NCBI GenBank assembly: GCA_048213135.1
Contig: PS015068.1
Coordinates: 15,204 to 69,938, forward strand
Origin: Reclinomonas americana ATCC 50394
Lineage: Eukaryota
DNA: 54,735 nucleotides
Direction of reading: 5' to 3'
Shown here: positions 51,201-54,735 of the stretch, piece by piece
How the letters are laid out: each line of letters begins with the position of its first letter
How positions within the stretch are numbered: the stretch's first letter is position 1
The notes under the pieces: model-generated
Database searches by the model: none
Told to the model about the DNA's origin: nothing
The model's input: only the letters and a program-made list of their open reading frames with translations
Program-made: the position numbers and the translations under genes

Positions 51201-54200
51201 NNNNNNNNNNNNNNNNNNNNNNNNNNNNNNNNNNNNNNNNNNNNNNNNNNNNNNNNNNNNNNNNNNNNNNNNNNNNNNNNNNNNNNNNNNNNNNNNNNNG
51301 GTTTGTTTGGGGTTTCCCTGCCTGTTGAGCACTGTGGCCAATCAATCCAAGCTGACGCATCTTTTCTTTTCCGATGCAGGAACTGGTCGCGGATGTTGCC
51401 GTCATTCCAGGGCCTCTGGTGCAGCAGCGCATTGTGATGCCGCGCGAGCGTCTGCCGCGTCGACCAGCGACCGTTTTCTCGATCTTGACGCCGGAGCCGT
51501 TGCAGCCTAGTGCGCTGCCAGCGCCGCCGCAGACAGCGAGCGGTACCCGACCGGGCACTGCGGTCTCGTCGGCCAAGGGTGCGCCAGGTGGTGACGACGT
51601 GGTCCCAGAAACCGATCCGCTGTCTGCTCCATCGGAGGCTTCGTTCGTGTTGCGTGAGGGCCAGACGCGGTGGGTCATTCCGGCCAAGTCGAGCATCAAG
51701 TTGTGTGCTCGGTTTGCGTCGCGCGAGCCCGGCTCATTCGACCATGTGCTTGGCTTTGGCTTGGTGAACCGCGAGCAGGAGTTCCCGCTTGTCTGCGGTG
51801 GTGTGTGCGCGTACCCGCAAATCAACGACGACTACCGCAACGTGTTCTACTCCAAGGTCCGCTCACGGCCAGCCGAGTCGTACGTGTCGCACAAGTATGT
51901 GATCAACCGGAGTGCTTTCGAATTCGGCCCGCTCTTGATCGGCAAGGACGCGCCGAACCCCGACGTGCCGCTCAACGAGCTGCCGCAGCACCACTCGCAA
52001 AACATTGAGCGATTCCGTGTCACCAACAACGGACTGTTCCCGTGCCATGTCATGTTCGACTTTGAGCAGCCGGCGGTGCCTGGTGTCAAGTCCACATTTA
52101 CGGTGTGGCCGCCGGCTCTTGATTTGGGCGTCGACGAGACGCAGGACGTCCTCGTGCGCGCGTACCCACGTGAGGCTCGCTTGATGGAGGTCAGTGCTCA
52201 GCCTATTATTATTGCACGATGTTGTTGATCTCACTTACTCAACCTTGTGTCGCTGTGCGTGCTTGCAGAACGCACTGGTGGCCGTGGTGGAGGACAACCC
52301 AACGGTGTATCGCTTCCCCATTTCGTGCATTGGCGCTACGCCGTCGGTGCAAGTGGACGTCAATCAGCTGCACTTTGGCCGCCTCATGCGTCTCTTCCGT
52401 GAGACCAAGACGTTTACGCTGCAGAGCACCTCCGACATTGCTGTGCGCTGGAAGTTGCAGCGGGCCACCGAGCTGCCGGTGGAATTCTCCATCACGCCTC
52501 ACGAGGGTGTGTTGGAGCCGCGCGGATCGACAGTCGTTTCGATCGAGTTCCGCGCCGGCGAGCCGCAAGTGTTTGAGCTGCCGCTCAACATCNNNNNNNN
52601 NNNNNNNNNNNNNNNNNNNNNNNNNNNNNNNNNNNNNNNNNNNNNNNNNNNNNNNNNNNNNNNNNNNNNNNNNNNNNNNNNNNNNNNNNNNNNNNNNNNN
52701 NNNNNNNNNNNNNNNNNNNNNNNNNNNNNNNNNNNNNNNNNNNNNNNNNNNNNNNNNNNNNNNNNNNNNNNNNNNNNNNNNNNNNNNNNNNNNNNNNNNN
52801 NNNNNNNNNNNNNNNNNNNNNNNNNNNNNNNNNNNNNNNNNNNNNNNNNNNNNNNNNNNNNNNNNNNNNNNNNNNNNNNNNNNNNNNNNNNNNNNNNNNN
52901 NNNNNNNNNNNNNNNNNNNNNNNNNNNNNNNNNNNNNNNNNNNNNNNNNNNNNNNNNNNNNNNNNNNNNNNNNNNNNNNNNNNNNNNNNNNNNNNNNNNN
53001 NNNNNNNNNNNNNNNNNNNNNNNNNNNNNNNNNNNNNNNNNNNNNNNNNNNNNNNNNNNNNNNNNNNNNNNNNNNNNNNNNNNNNNNNNNNNNNNNNNNN
53101 NNNNNNNNNNNNNNNNNNNNNNNNNNNNNNNNNNNNNNNNNNNNNNNNNNNNNNNNNNNNNNNNNNNNNNNNNNNNNNNNNNNNNNNNNNNNNNNNNNNN
53201 NNNNNNNNNNNNNNNNNNNNNNNNNNNNNNNNNNNNNNNNNNNNNNNNNNNNNNNNNNNNNNNNNNNNNNNNNNNNNNNNNNNNNNNNNNNNNNNNNNNN
53301 NNNNNNNNNNNNNNNNNNNNNNNNNGTGCGCGGCAACACCTCGCAGAGGCGCGAGAACACTTCGTCCTCGGGCAACAGCGCATCGACCTCGGTGAAGATC
53401 GGGCCGCTGTCCGGCTCCTGCGTCGAAGAGGAGGCAGACGTGTGCGGCTGCTGGAGGTAATCGCGACAGAGTCGTGTGTCGCCTCGTACACCTCGTAAAA
53501 GTGATCTTGCAGCGACTGGCACGTGAGAACCGGGTTCTCCTCTTGATCTCGCACAATGACTGCGTCCCTGGCCTCCTCGGCCGTATCCACGGCGTGCAAT
53601 TCCTCCAGAGCACGCAACTGGGTCTCCAAGTCGCCCATTTCCTGCTGCTGCTGTCGGCGCAGCTCTTCGGTCTCTGGATCGTCGGCAGACATGGCGGCCG
53701 CCGCCGTCGCGATCTGCTCCAGCTGATTGCGCAGCGAAGCAATCAAATCGGTGCGCTCGCTCATGCGCTGCCAGCGCTCCGCGCGCTGCACCTTGGTCGC
53801 CTTCTCAGACTCGAGTCCGTCAATGCCGCGGCGAATGGCACGCAGCGAGTTGGACAGGCGGCGGTACAGCACGATTTTGCGGTTGTACTCGGCCTGCTGC
53901 TCCGCCGGCAGACTCTCGTAGTCCTCCTCATCGATCTCCTGGAAGTGCAGCCGCTCCAACTCAGCCATCAGCTCCTGCTCCTGCTCGCGAAGCTCGCGGT
54001 ACACAATCATGGGGCGCGGCATGTTCAAGATGGCGGAACGGAAGAGGCGCGAGCCGACGGCACCGGTCATGGCCTGGAGCACAATCAGCGGCGACGACAC
54101 CAAATCGGAGTAGATCTCCTCAAAGATGCAGCCGAGCTGGCAGTCGTCGGCAGCCAGTCGCCGATTCAAAATCTCCACCACATGCTCCGTGTCCAGTTGC

Positions 54201-54735
54201 GGCGCCGGTGGCTCCGGCTCTGGTGGCTGCTCTGGCGCGCCCTTCTTGCCGCCCTTGGCAGCCGCCGCCGGTGGAGCCTTCTTGCCCTTGGATGCAGCCG
54301 CCGCAGCCGCCGCAGCCTCCTGCACGACAGCGCGTCAGTGAACAACAGTGGAGAGAGGAAGGGGGTACGACAAACACAGACAGACCTCTTGCCGCCGTCG
54401 CACGACTTCGGCCAGCATTTCGGCGCCCTGCTCGGCCAGCAGGCTGCGAACAGAGATCACCGGCAAGTTGCGGTCCTGCGCCAGACGCACGGCCACTGTG
54501 GACACGCCGCTGCGAGGCGGTCCAAGGAGTGCCATGACGAATGGCTTGTCGTTGGCGGGTCGATCGCCGGCGTCGCCAACACCCATTCCGTCAAAGAGCG
54601 GATCGCTGACATCGGCCAGCGTACCGGCAGCAGCCGACGCCGGCAGGCTGGCCACCACGTCAACTTGCGCTCCATTCGTCACCGCCTCCACCAACTGTCG
54701 CCGACGCTCCTCGGCCTCCTGTTCACGTCGCTTGG
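42269..54735 (-). CDS. HYDIN: HYDIN, axonemal central-pair protein (C-terminal portion; gene runs off the right end). True strand is -; five contigs are shown inverted
   Basis: Adenylate-kinase-like segment (LLGPPRSGVST) near 54500, tandem ASH/Ig-like domains (FEFGPLLIGK, GLNFGP, FYILNPTN, FDFGPCF, VPFEING) and C-terminus WTFYLRGV* at 43094. Seven contigs join in descending order. Confidence 0.92.

Overview
GC-rich, gene-dense, intron-rich nuclear DNA from a eukaryote, most likely an aerobic flagellated protist (HYDIN, CFAP418, OXA1 and mitochondrial PCCA are present). It is a draft scaffold with many N gaps. About 16 multi-exon genes can be rebuilt by hand: PCCA, an unknown protein, OXA1, two divergent actin paralogues, WDR91, a polyamine/amino-acid permease, an RRM+NCOA5-like protein, ACL4, EAPP, a GARP/SHAQKYF Myb factor, DEX1, a mitochondrial carrier, CFAP418, an ATXN7/Sgf73-like ZnF protein and HYDIN. 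Several genes look strand-scrambled, but every break lies at an N gap and the pieces rejoin when single contigs are flipped, so this is most likely mis-orientation in the assembly. The strongest biological signal is in the splice sites. Of about 130 introns placed by hand, about a quarter use a +1-shifted donor, GTTGCG(T), almost always after an exon that does not end in G. The rest use G|GTRMGT-like donors. There are also four GC-AG introns (all GCACGT), one U12-type AT-AC intron, one AT-AC intron without U12 signals, and several microexons.
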